The translations under genes were made by a program, and so were the position numbers. The notes below the pieces were generated by a model that saw nothing but the letters and a program-made list of their open reading frames with translations, had not been told where the DNA came from and ran no database searches. DNA of 64,000 nt from Octopus bimaculoides (taxonomy: Eukaryota). Within the stretch, counting starts at the first letter, position 1, and the number at the start of each line of letters is the position of its first letter. This document shows, in pieces, positions 25,125 through 38,030 of the stretch. The stretch lies in the NCBI RefSeq assembly GCF_001194135.2, contig NC_069010.1, positions 9,735,102-9,799,101 of the forward strand, written 5' to 3'.

Positions 25125-26018
25125 TAATTCGTTTTATTGGCCACAAGGGCTAATATCAATTAAAAACATCTAAGGACAAAGACAGGATGAAGGTTACAAA
25201 CGGTTTTGTCCGAAAAGGTAAGAAAGTTCGTCTAAACAGAGGAAGAAAACGGAGAAAGATATAATAAATAAATAAATAAATAAATAGATAAATAAATAAG
25301 TAGAACTCCCAAAGGAGGAGACGCTTCGAAAAAGGAAAGGTTACACGTGGAAAAACCCATCCTGGAAACACAAGGCCTGAGATTTGTGGTCAATTACATT
25401 GACCCCAGTGTTTCACTGGTACTTAATTTATTGACCTCGAAAGGATAAAATGCAAAGTCGACCTCAGCAGAATTTGAACTCAGAACATAGTGGCAAACGA
25501 AATACTGCTAACGGTGTGCTAACGATTCTGCCAGCACACCACTTTCATAATAATAATGGTAAATTCTTTCTACTGGAAGCACAAGGTTTCAAATTTGGGG
25601 GAAGGGATTAAGTCGATTACATTGACCCCAGAGCATAATTGGTACTCATTTAATTGACCCCGAAACGATGAAAGGTAAAGTCGACCTCGGCGGAACTTGA
25701 ACTTAGAACAGAGCGGCAGATGAAATACTGCTAAGCATTTCGTCCAGCATGCTAACGATTCTGCCATCAAAAGATAGTGCTCATGGGAACTGCCCATATC
25801 CTACGTAAAATACTGTCTATGTGATCTCAAATTTTAAAGCAAACATAATTTTCTTATGGTTTCTTAAACATTCTCTAGAACAACACACTACGTACAAATC
25901 CAAATATATGGTACCCTAGGCATAACACCAACATGAACTTCTAACTTGTTGTCTCTTGAGGTCTCTGGGTGAGACTTGGATCCAACTTGTACAAATGCAA
26001 AGCAAAAGTCAAACATAA

Positions 26019-26063
<45 letters not shown>

Positions 26064-26130
26064 TACTGTAATAGTAATTGTAATATTAATCATGATAATG
26101 ATGACAACAGTAATAATAGTAATGATAATA

Positions 26131-26175
<45 letters not shown>

Positions 26176-27288
26176 CCCACCTCTCCCCAACATCATTATC
26201 AGTGCCTCCTCCTTGCCATGTGTTCAATTCGCAGGTGTAGTAATATCGTACAACAAAGAAACAATCAGTGGGAGATGGGGTGGGGGGTGCTATATATTAT
26301 GGTTTATTTGTTTGTTTTTAATTATTATTATCTTTCAGAACTTTCTGTTTTGTCATGATGTGTGTAGGAACGTTATGCTCTCACCTCTACTATGGAAGCA
26401 AAGCAGTGACATAATTGCAGCCTTTACCGTAACGGAACACATTGGGGAGTTAAGCTTTAAACCGAACTTCTGTTGTTGAATGTTTAATCTTACATATTAC
26501 ATCATGTGAAAACTATCACGCTGCTTTTTACGTTGGACACCTATTATTTTAAGGAAATTCATTCCCCCCAAAATACCAGGTATTGAACCAGTGTTTCCTT
26601 AGAAGAAACCATTCCTTCATGAGGTTAAGATATCTTCTAATTAAACTTATATAAATAGATACATACACACACACACATATATATATAGATATATACGATG
26701 GGCTTCTTTCAGTTTCCATCTACCAAATCCACTCACAAGGCTTTGGTCGGCCCAGAGCTATAGTAGAAGACACTTACCCAAGGTGCCATGCAGTGGGACT
26801 GAACCTGGAACCATGTGGTTGGTAAGCAAGCTACTTACCACACAGCCACTCCTGTATATATGTGTGTGTGTGTGTNNNNNNNNNNNNNNNNNNNNNNNNN
26901 NNNNNNNNNNNNNNNNNNNNNNNNNNNNNNNNNNNNNNNNNNNNNNNNNNNNNNNNNNNNNNNNNNNNNNNNNNNNNNNNNNNNNNNNNNNNNNNNNNNN
27001 NNNNNNNNNNNNNNNNNNNNNNNNNNNNNNNNNNNNNNNNNNNNNNNNNNNNNNNNNNNNNNNNNNNNNNNNNNNNNNNNNNNNNNNNNNNNNNNNNNNN
27101 NNNNNNNNNNNNNNNNNNNNNNNNNNNNNNNNNNNNNNNNNNNNNNNNNNNNNNNNNNNNNNNNNNNNNNNNNNNNNNNNNNNNNNNNNNNNNNNNNNNN
27201 NNNNNNNNNNNNNNNNNNNNNNNNNNNNNNNNNNNNNNNNNNNNNNNNNNNNNNNNNNNNNNNNNNNNNNNNNNNNNNNNNNNNNNNA

Positions 27289-27911
27289 ATCTCCTGCAAT
27301 TCTTCTGGACGGTCTCCTTGTTTAAGTCTGTGAATGCAGCCATAACCCTTGCCTTCAGTTCATCTTTGATGTTGCAAGGAGTTTTGTTGGTCTCTTGCTC
27401 AACTGCGCCCCACACATAATAATGAAGCGGGTTGTAATTTGGGGAGTTAAGCTGCTAGATGTTAGGGGTGATGTGGTTGCAGAAATTGTCTGACGACCAT
27501 CACTGGGTTCTCCCTTTTGATCCTGGGCAGCACTACTTCCTCCAGGCACTTGATGTAGGCCTCTGTGTTGAGTCTGAGGCCATGTGGGAAGATGAATGGA
27601 GGCATAACGTCGCCATCACTAGGGATCACTCCAAACACCATGGATGTTTGATTTTTATCACTTTTTGTACATGTCCTCAGGCTGACACTCAAACACTCTG
27701 AAATGTTTCTATTGGAGCTTCTGGCACGAATGCCAAGCAGCAGAGCATGTCGTTTCCAACTTTCTGGCAGAGTGAATCGCGTCTGGTGCTGTTTTTCTCA
27801 CAGATGGTGCCCAACTGACCCTACTATACTGTGTTGTCAACAAAATCAAAAACAAATAATGTGCAAGCGCAAAATTAAAACTATAAGATGACGACAATTT
27901 ACTCATCGCAC

Positions 27912-27914
<3 letters not shown>
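27289..27914 (-). mobile_element. Second degenerate copy of the same Tc1/mariner (maT-like) element
   Basis: Reads MVFGVIPSDGDVMPPFIFPHGLRLNTEAYIK and MWGAVEQETNKTPCN, with a terminal repeat similar to the 16.4-17.1 kb copy. Confidence 0.8.
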
Positions 27915-27943
<29 letters not shown>

Positions 27944-28400
27944 NNNNNNNNNNNNNNNNNNNNNNNNNNNNNNNNNNNNNNNNNNNNNNNNNNNNNNNNN
28001 NNNNNNNNNNNNNNNNNNNNNNNNNNNNNNNNNNNNNNNNNNNNNNNNNNNNNNNNNNNNNNNNNNNNNNNNNNNNNNNNNNNNNNNNNNNNNNNNNNNN
28101 NNNNNNNNNNNNNNNNNNNNNNNNNNNNNNNNNNNNNNNNNNNNNNNNNNNNNNNNNNNNNNNNNNNNNNNNNNNNNNNNNNNNNNNNNNNNNNNNNNNN
28201 NNNNNNNNNNNNNNNNNNNNNNNNNNNNNNNNNNNNNNNNNNNNNNNNNNNNNNNNNNNNNNNNNNNNNNNNNNNNNNNNNNNNNNNNNNNNNNNNNNAT
28301 ATATATATATATATACATGTATCTGTTAGTGCAAATATGTGTGAAAGAGAAAGAAATCAATATAATACATTATACATCTGTAAACAGCAATCTGAGATAA

Positions 28401-28433
<33 letters not shown>

Positions 28434-28664
28434 CATATACAAATATATACATATGTATATAAATATATATATATATATGTGCATACATACACACACAAAC
28501 ACACAGATGCAGTCACTGTCACACACAGAAATACCATATAGGTAATTACATGCAAAGCTCTCATAGACTATATGTGTGTATGGGGGGGGGGGGTTCCATA
28601 CACAAACACACACATAAATATACATACATTATTGTACTTATATGTAGCTATATATATATATATG

Positions 28665-28700
28665 TATAAAGTCGTAAACGATGAAAACGTTTGACCAGTG
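28665..28700 (+). promoter_or_regulatory. Possible TATA/Inr of the serine-protease-homolog gene
   Basis: TATAAA at 28665-28670 and CCAGT about 30 nt downstream, just upstream of CAAAATG (28708). It lies next to a TA microsatellite, so support is weak. Confidence 0.3.
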
Positions 28701-28707
28701 AATCAAA

Positions 28708-28818
28708 ATGACGCTGTACATCTCTTTGGTCCTGATTTTGTGTGTCTGTGGGTCACAAGCAGGTGATTCTCAGCCTTTGCTTCCATGTAAGTAATCTACT
28801 CCTCTGTCTGTCTGTTAG

Positions 28819-28855
<37 letters not shown>

Positions 28856-30706
28856 ATACAATATATGATAATATGCATATATATGTACATGTATGTACAT
28901 ACCTTCATCTACATGTACATATAGATACATAACTGGGTACATGACGTTGAAAAAAAACATAGATAAAATGTTAAACAAAGTACAAAAAACAAGCAGGCTA
29001 CATAGAGAACATTTCTTTCATCAGCTGCCACCATTAAAACACTGGCATTTCGAAGAGTTAGGGCAGGACGCATCGTTAAAGTGGCTCTTCCTATAAGCAC
29101 AAATTAAAATTTTTTTCGTGGAGGATAGTGGCGGATGGAAAACAAAACAGGAAAACGAAACGGTGAAATAAGCAAACAAGAAGGCTGTACAGCCAGACAT
29201 GGAGAAGTGTGTGTATATTGAACGCTGTGAAGCACAAACAAGAAAGGCGAAGAATTGTGTCCGGAGTTTAGGTGGTCAGAGACCGAAAAGAAATATATAT
29301 ATATATATATATAAGTTCAAAAAAACAATAACAAAAAAACAACAAAGTGAGGACGTGATACGGATAGTGTTATGTGCGTATGTATGTATGTATGTATGTG
29401 TGTATGTATGTGTATTCCTATACATATGATTTATAGGCAATTTTGACCTGAGAAAAGTTTGAACTCTGAACATAAAAATGAACAAAATACCGCAGAGTAG
29501 TTTGCCCGGCTTGCTAACCATTCTGCCATCTCGCTGCCCAAAAAATTATCATCTGTAACGAGGCATAATAGCTGGAGGTGTTTAGAGCGTCTGTCTTACA
29601 ATAATGAGGTAGTGAGTTCGATTTCCGGATCGGTCTGTGTGTTGTATTCTGAGCAAGACACTTTATTCCACATTGTTCCAGTTCACTCAGCTGTAGAAAG
29701 GAGTTGTCACGTCTCTGATGCCAAACTGTATCGGCCCCTTTGCCTTTCCCTTGGATAACATCAGTGGTGTGGAGAAGCGAGGCTGGTATGCATGGGCGAC
29801 TGCTGGTCTTCCATAAAAACAACCTTCGGTTGTCACCAGTGAGGTGACATTCCGCCCGGACTTATACCCCAGGAGGGAACCTCTTAGGTGCACCCATGGC
29901 CATCGATAGACGCAAGTCAACCATAGAGTCAACCCTGAAGATATTGTTGATACTCACATTCAGCTGAGTAAATTGAAACGGTATGAAATTGGGTGCCTTG
30001 CTCAAGGATAGTTTGCACTAAAACTCAAACCCATGATCACAAATCTATACCAAAACCACTGTGCCAAGCATTTTACCTCATTGTTTGAAATATTTTTTTC
30101 TGATACAAAGAATGCAATATTTTCCCCATTAACACAGTATGGAATATTTTTCTGGCGTATGTACTTGATATTAATATTTTTCTGACATACATTGTATGTA
30201 ATAATTTTCTGACTTGCATCACACACAATATTTTTGGCACATTTCTTTCGACAGGTTTCTCTGGCACTGATATTCAGCCTTTTTCGTCTTACTGTCCAGA
30301 TGGCTACAAGTTCATAATGAAATGTTCATTTGCTAAAATATATACAGTGAATCTGTGTTATAAGCTACCACCAACGACAACATCGAAGCCTTTACCAACG
30401 ACAACATCGAAGCCTTTACCATCAACTCAGTCAAGCACACTCCTGTCCACTCTAAGCACTCTTCAATCTACTCTACCAACCACCACGCCAACAACAGAAC
30501 CTACTACCACCCAACCTACTACCACCCAACCTACTACCACCCAACCTACTACCACCCAACCTACAACCACAGTCCCAACAACAACTCCTCAGCCAAGAGG
30601 TAAATATCCCAAACTTTGTGTTTGATAATTTTATTCTAATGAACAAACATCTAATGTAAACGTTTTTCTTTGTCTCTTCACGTCTCTTTCTCACTTCCAC
30701 GAACGA

Positions 30707-30756
<50 letters not shown>

Positions 30757-31634
30757 ACAGCTGTATTTATGTTTTTAACGTTGTTAACACCACCAGATTG
30801 AATGGCACAGCCCAGTGTCGAAACCACAATGATATCCGTTTGGCATCTGATGATGGGAATACATACTTGTTCCATTTGTTTATGAATTTCTAACGTCTTA
30901 GTCTCGTTGTTCTGAGTTGTCCTTCATTCTAGTGAAGTGGGAAGTGTTTGTGGATTCATAGTTTACAGGGATCGCTTTCTTTGGCTCCGACCATATCGGC
31001 ATGCCTTAGCTTTCCGAACGCACAGTTTACTGCTTCTGCCGCATTCCATTTCCTCCCTGTTCGTACCTTTGGAGGGTTTTCTCGGATGCTCTGATCTTTT
31101 GAATACCTTAGCATCATTACTGTCCTTGCTTTTCCTGCCTTATGTTCTTCAGAGATTGATGTTATCTGTAGTCTTCTATAAAGCGCAGTCGTATTCAGTG
31201 GTTTCGGCAGACCAAACCATTCTCCGATAAACCCACTGCATCTTTGTTCCATCCTTTCTACTCTACTCGAGGCTGTTTCGTACATTTGCAATGGCCACAT
31301 TACCCTTGCGTTCAGTCCAAATTGCAATATCCAGCATTTTGAATTTCACCGTGGGACAACTCATTTAAACAAAAGGGTTAGGAAATACTGTTGGGAACCC
31401 CTGCATCAGTGGGAATTGAAAGGGACAAACACACACACGCACTCATACAAACACACACACATAGACATATCCACAAACGCACATATTTATGCATTTGATA
31501 TGGATGAAATAAACAAATCATTAATTCATGACTTTATGTGGAGTTTGGGTGTGGCTTGGAATGGATTCCTCCTACCCCACCCCCTATTCATATGTATTTC
31601 AATTACTCACATGTAATGAACAATTGAGTTAATA

Positions 31635-31728
<94 letters not shown>

Positions 31729-33823
31729 TATGTATGTTTGTGCGTCTGTATTTGTCTGTGTTCGTCACCCCAACATCACTTGACAACCGATGCTGGTGTG
31801 AAGAGGCGCAATGGCCCAGTGGTTAGGGCAGCGGACTCGCAGTCGGAGGATCGTGGTCTCGATTCCCAGACCGGGCGTTGTTTGTGTTTCTTGAGTGAAA
31901 ATACCTAAAGCTCCACGAGGCTCCGGCAGGGGATGGTGGCAACCCCTGTTGTACTCTCTCGCCCCATCTTTCTCTCACTCTTTCTTCCTGTTTCTTGAGT
32001 TACGCTGCGATGGACTGGCATCTCGTCCAGCTGGGGGGGAACACATACGCCATGGAAACAGGGCGCATAAAAAAAATATATATATATATATATGATGATA
32101 TCCTTCTTTATAATATCAGTGGCTTAGCATAAAGATAAAATTATCAAATAATAAATAAGGGTCATACCAGTACATTAAAATAGCAATCAGTGTGACTCAA
32201 ACCACAAATTTTCACCGTGATTTCGAACTTTGAGAAACTATCCCTTAGGTCATCCTCAATGAGTCTTACCGACCCAGGGTTAAAGTGCTTGTTCATCTTG
32301 TGGTTTGGGTCATTTTGACTACTATTTTAGCATGCTGGTAGTGCCTGTAGTATCCTTAATTATTAATGTGTATATATGTTTCACTTTTTAAATTTGTAGG
32401 TTGTGGCCGGTATCCAGTGCAAGCTTTTATGATGGGAGCCAGTAGTGCCACCCAGTGCCAACCATGGCTTGGTATTGCTGCCTTTCAGAATTATTATATG
32501 AACAATGCCATCCTAATAGGGGAGGACACAGTATTGTCAATACAACCATTTTTTAGGTAAGTACAATGTTTTTCCTTGAATATTAAACTGAAAGTATTGA
32601 ACTCACATACACACTCTCAATATTGAATTACAGAGGCCATGGAAAGTGAGGGTAAAATGTATCCCACTAGATACCCTAAAATGTATCCCACTATAGATGT
32701 ATTGGGAACTATTCCTAAAGATCTGAACAGATGGATAGAGGAAATAGGCATAAAAGCCAGTTTAGTACAGCTCCAGAAAGCAATATTGTAAGGGACAGCT
32801 AGGATACTGAGGAGGGTTCTTCACATCTAAGCTTATTTGTTGTAGCCCGATGTTAGGATTGTTTTCTTTTCGAACAGTCTAATCTGTTGTGTGTTTATGA
32901 AAATAATAATAATAATGTTCCGTTTACACACACACACATGAACAAATAAATAAATAAAAACAAAAACAAACGAACATGTATTAACAGAGGATATAGATAA
33001 TACTGGCACTCCCCATACACACACATGCACTTACAAAAACATAGTCACACATTGAGGGATGCGCATGCAATAGCAATACAAAATACAAAATGGCTGATAG
33101 TTAGCAAGGTGGGACACACATAAGAAAGAAGAAAGCAAAGGGACCACTGATGAGGTCACAGAAGTGTGACGAAAGAACTCTGGTCGAAATAGGATTAATG
33201 TAATGTAATGTAATATAAAGCTGAAGCAAATTAACACCAAATATACAGTGCGTGTGTTTTTATTGGCTAAACTGGCAACATGACCATCCCCAAGTACAAA
33301 AACATAATAATAATGATAATATAGATTCTGTTATCAATAGGACTGATACTGAATATATAGGAGACACGAACTTATTGATCTATGCAGGAGCTGTAGTAGT
33401 TATGAGAAGATAAGATAATAAAGGGAGTTAACGTTCTGTCTTGTTTCAGAAAAGGAATTACCCTAGATTATCACTTTGGAGAGAAATACAACACAAAAAT
33501 AACAGGAGCTGGATTGGAAGTAGATCAAGAACACAAAGAAGTTGTCAATGGTAAGTCTGATCATATTGGTCTTGTTGTCGTCATTACTTTTGGTTCTAGT
33601 TGTTCTCATTATTATTGTTGTTGTTGCTTTTCCTGTCGCTGTGTATCCCCAGTGTTTTTACGTCTCCAGTCTTATCAGAGAACCCACTTTAAGCGCTTTT
33701 ATAAGATCCAGCTGCACCCAGAAGGTAACAAAGATACCCGTTTACTAATATTGTTAGCCCCATCCCAACCACCACCTACATACCTACATATACATATCTG
33801 TATATATATATATATATATTCAT

Positions 33824-33854
<31 letters not shown>

Positions 33855-36382
33855 ACATATCTATCCTGACGAAGAAGCCGTACCTCAAAAGCCTCATAGA
33901 GAAAACAGAAGATTTTATCCGCAGTATGAGATGGCAGGAAAGAACAACACAATAACACGAATAAGTATGGACTTAAATTTACGAAAAACCCACCACCAAT
34001 CTCGGAATGAGAACCTTTCGACAGGGAGCTGTTCGAACTTGTCAGGAAGATTAAATTTCATGAAATCAGTAACGAATTCCGGAAAACAATGAACGACAAA
34101 ATAAAGAATATTAGGCATATATATATATATATATATACACACACGATGGGCTTCTTTTGGTGTCTGTCTACCAAATTCTCTCACACAGCTAAGGTGCCAT
34201 GCAGTAGGACTGAACCTGGAACCATGTGGTTAAGAAGCAAGCTTCTTACCACATAGCAACGCTTGCGTCTATAAAAAAAAATTATTTTTTAATATCTTTT
34301 CAGGTACAAACTTTATATTAACAAAGTTGAAGGAGAATGTTACCGTATCTGGATGTGTCAACCCTATTTGTATTCCTGAGAAAAGAAGTGATTATTCAAT
34401 GGAAAATTGTTTCGCTGCTACATATGTCAAAGGTGAGTCCTTAGCCACTCATAGCACCATCTATCTATATTTTTATTGCACTACCTATGCAATTAGGGAA
34501 GTGTGGTGTTATGGGCTGTGATGAGCTGTGTGTTGTTGATGGAGAGAGATGAGGCAAACAGAGGTGAAGCCAGACCGGAAGGGCCAGACCGGAAGGGTCA
34601 GACCGGAAGGGTCAGACCGGAAGTCGGCTACACGCTGTCGAAGGCCAGCACTTGGGGTCAGTCAGAAAACAGACATCTTACGAGAAAGACGTGTTTTGAT
34701 CAAGAGGACAAGGTAAGGTCCAGCGTTTCGTTCTGTCCTTTTGCTTCTTNNNNNNNNNNGGTCAGACCGGAAGGGTCAGACCGGAAGTCGGCTACACGCT
34801 GTCGAAGGCCAGCACTTGGGGTCAGTCAGAAAACAGACATCTTACGAGAAAGACGTGTTTTGATCAAGAGGACAAGGTAAGGTCCAGCGTTTCGTTCTGT
34901 CCTTTTGCTTCTTGTCTTTTTCCTCCATCACACCACAGGAAGTATACCAGCATATACAGGGGGGGGGGTGCTTAAAAGTTCTTTGGTGCAAGAGTATCGC
35001 AAAAGGCCTGGCTGGAGACCCAACATTTATTTACAGACCTTAAAAAAAACTAAAGGATAAATGTGTCTACATTCTGATTTGAGCTTGTGGATAGAGTTAC
35101 CAAGTATGGTAGTCGTTTTATATTTAGGATTATTAAAAGAGTTGATGTGAGTTCGATATCTACGCTTGAAATCGGTGATACTACCGATGTATATTTTAGG
35201 TTGTGCATCTTGTGTGGATACCTGACATTTATAAGTAACGTTATATCGCGCACAATATCCCGTAAGGAGACTGGAATCTTTTACGCGACAATTTTTCTGT
35301 CCAGAATGGGGTTATTTTTTCAAGTTAATATTTACATGTTATTATTTACAGCTTGTGCTTCGAGATCCAAACTTCCAAACAATAAATTATTTCACGTTCT
35401 CTCGAAAGCTTATACATTCCTATGACATTAATTCTACTTGTTAATTTCTTATGTATTTTTCATCAGTTTATTTATTTATTTTCCCTAATTTCAGATAGTA
35501 ATAAAATTATGCATGTTGAGATTGGGGAAACGAGGTTGATAAACGGTTCGTGTACGTCCTCAGTCCAACCACCATATACACTTTGTGCGTACAATTTTGT
35601 CCAGATATGTAATAAGCATGTAAGTTAGTGTTCTTTTACATTTTAAGTATTTCTTGGCTGTGTGGTAAGAAGTTTGTTTCTCAACCATGTGGTTCTGGGT
35701 TCAGTCCTGTGCATCGCATCTAGGGCAAGTGTCTTCTACTAAAGACACAGGCTGACCGAAACTGTGCGAGTAAATTTGGTAGAGGGAAACTGAAAGAAGT
35801 CCATATATATATATATATATATATGTATACAAGAATAAGGGCAGGGAATCGTCAATTAATAATAGAATTAACAATTAACAATTTTGCCAAGTAGTTCAGT
35901 ATGAAAAAACCTTTATCGGTAAAACCATTTATCATCATAAATATACAGGGATTAGCATTGAGTTGCTTCTCCAACATACTGAAAATTTAGAAATAGCAGT
36001 CAAAGAACTACTGATTCTAAACTACAAATTTTTCTCTAAATGGATGGCGATATTTATGGCACTAGAGAAAAATTTGTAGTTTAGANNNNNNNNNNNNNNN
36101 NNNNNNNNNNNNNNNNNNNNNNNNNNNNNNNNNNNNNNNNNNNNNNNNNNNNNNNNNNNNNNNNNNNNNNNNNNNNNNNNNNNNNNNNNNNNNNNNNNNN
36201 NNNNNNNNNNNNNNNNNNNNNNNNNNNNNNNNNNNNNNNNNNNNNNNNNNNNNNNNNNNNNNNNNNNNNNNNNNNNNNNNNNNNNNNNNNNNNNNNNNNN
36301 NNNNNNNNNNNNNNNNNNNNNNNNNNNNNNNNNNNNNNNNNNNNNNNNNNNNNNNNNNNNNNNNNNNNNNNNNNNNNNNNNN

Positions 36383-36424
<42 letters not shown>

Positions 36425-36769
36425 GATAGATAGATAGATAGATAGATAGATGTGTGTACATGTGGAAGTGAAGTGCAGTAGTAAGGACAATATTATTTAC
36501 ATTTATGCATTGCATGGGTTTCTTTTATTACCAAACAACCAATCGAACAAACAAACAACAAATGAACTATTATGAAATATTTCTTTCAGAAAGAGAACAG
36601 TGGTGCGTTGATATGCCAGAGTAAAAAAGACAAGAGCTGGATGTTGGCAGGAATGACACGAGAAACTTCCGATGTTTCAGGATGCATTCCAAATGCCTGG
36701 AATGAGCCTGTCTATTATTGGGACACGGTGGAGATTATGAAAGAGATGAATATATCAAGTAATGCTTAA
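28708..36769 (+). CDS. Secreted trypsin-like serine protease homolog (inactive) with N-terminal 4-Cys module and Thr/Pro-rich mucin stalk, 371 aa
   Basis: Exons 28708-28786, 30255-30599, 32400-32556, 33450-33550, 34304-34432, 35495-35619 and 36590-36769 are all AG/GT, with phases 1,1,2,1,1,0 closing a 1116-nt frame. Elements: signal MTLYISLVLILCVCGSQA; (PTTTQ)n stalk; S1-like CG..QPW, LI..VLS, FILTKLKENV..V.PICIP, LCA and ENSGALIC..W.LAG. Confidence 0.85.
30950..31330 (-). mobile_element. Fragment of an RLE-type non-LTR retrotransposon (HERO-like), in an SPH intron
   Basis: ORF 30956-31327 reads ..WPLQMYE..VERMEQ..WFGLPK..LY..EEHKAGKAR..LRYSKD..RTGRKWNAAEAV, a post-RT motif string typical of this clade (recognised from memory). 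Confidence 0.6.
32690..32835 (+). mobile_element. 3' end of an R4/Dong-like non-LTR retrotransposon
   Basis: Reads VLGTIPKDLNRWIEEIGIKASLVQLQKAIL*GTARILRRVL, matching the RLE C-terminal G.IPK.L..QK..L.GTA.ILR.VL pattern. Confidence 0.6.
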
Positions 36770-37029
36770 CACAAAGCCGGATCTTCCCAAAACTCCAGTA
36801 TGGAAACGAAGAAAAAACAAAAAATAATAAAAGCAGCAAGTATATAATAAAAAAAATAATGAATGTTAAGAATGGAATGGGGATGATCTTGGATTATCTT
36901 ATGAAGGATGTCTGTCTCAAGCTTTATAAACCATGGACTTATATTCTTTGTCCCTCTGATGGGTGCCGCTTTAGTGTATATTCTACTCTACCATTTACAC
37001 TTTAGCTTATGGTCTAACTTTAAATCTAA

Positions 37030-37350
37030 TACTAAACCCCAACCTAACCCCAAACCCTAATCCTAAACCCTAACCTTAATCCCTAAACCCAAACCCTAAC
37101 TCTAACCCTAATCATAACCCTAAACTCTAACCTTAAACCCTAATCCTAAATCTAAACCCTAATCCTAATCCTAAAACGCTAACCCACAAACATTAAGTTA
37201 AAACTAATCCCCCCCCTAAACCCTAGCCTAAACCTTAAACCCTAATTCTAAACCTAAATCCTAACCCTAAAACCTAAAACCTAAACACCAAAATAACCTT
37301 AACTTTAATCCTAAATACTAATCCTAACCTTAATCTCTTAATTTCCAATT
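37030..37350 (+). repeat. Degenerate interstitial telomere-like (CCCTAA/CCCTAAA)n tract
   Basis: About 320 bp of aaaccctaatcctaaaccctaaccttaa-type variants. Confidence 0.75.
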
Positions 37351-37997
37351 CTAACTTTAAGACTAACTATAATTCGAACCCATATCACAACATTTCACAA
37401 TATAGACTGCAGATACTACGGTAGACCACATCACTTATAACACATTTACTTCTGGAACTTTCTGAAATCACAATAACAAATAGATAGACAAGAAAAAAAA
37501 AAAAAACTAATGCGGGATTTTCCTCGGACGATATCTGGAAGAGCATAAACTGTGGATTTTCCCATGCATTTCTTATCTAATTTAGCCAAAAAAATGTTCC
37601 AGAAATATCACAGAATGAAAATTATCAATAAAGAATCGTGGCCGTAAATTGTAAATTATCCATTCTTAGAAGAAGTTGTATTCTTAGAAAAAATGGCGGT
37701 GTTTCGTGTAAGGAAAGATATAGGGGTAAGGTTGTGCGAAGAAAAAGGGTCTCCGGTTAATAAGTCCCTTTTTGGTGTTTTAAGGATGAAAAAGAAAATA
37801 TGAGAAAATTAGGTAAAAAAGACAGAAAAAAAACTCAGAAAAATAAAAAGTAAATCTACAAAAATAAAACAAAATTTGCGTTAGAGTTTTTTTTTTATGT
37901 GTGTATCATTCTGCGTTTGTTGTTGTTGGTGCCAGTGTTTCATATATGTATGTATACTTCCACATGTACACATGTAAATATATATATATGTATATAC

Positions 37998-38030
<33 letters not shown>

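Noticed and set aside
26339-26479. NFLFCHDVC...FCC* after a good acceptor, as a possible third defensin-like exon
   Set aside because: It has only four Cys, its spacing does not match, it is open in phase 0 rather than phase 1, and I found no convincing signal exon.
34596-34913. Exact 154-bp direct duplication with a 14-bp gaccggaagggtca array
   Set aside because: The two copies flank a 10-N gap, which is typical of an unmerged contig overlap. The short array has no unique spacers, so it is not CRISPR-like.
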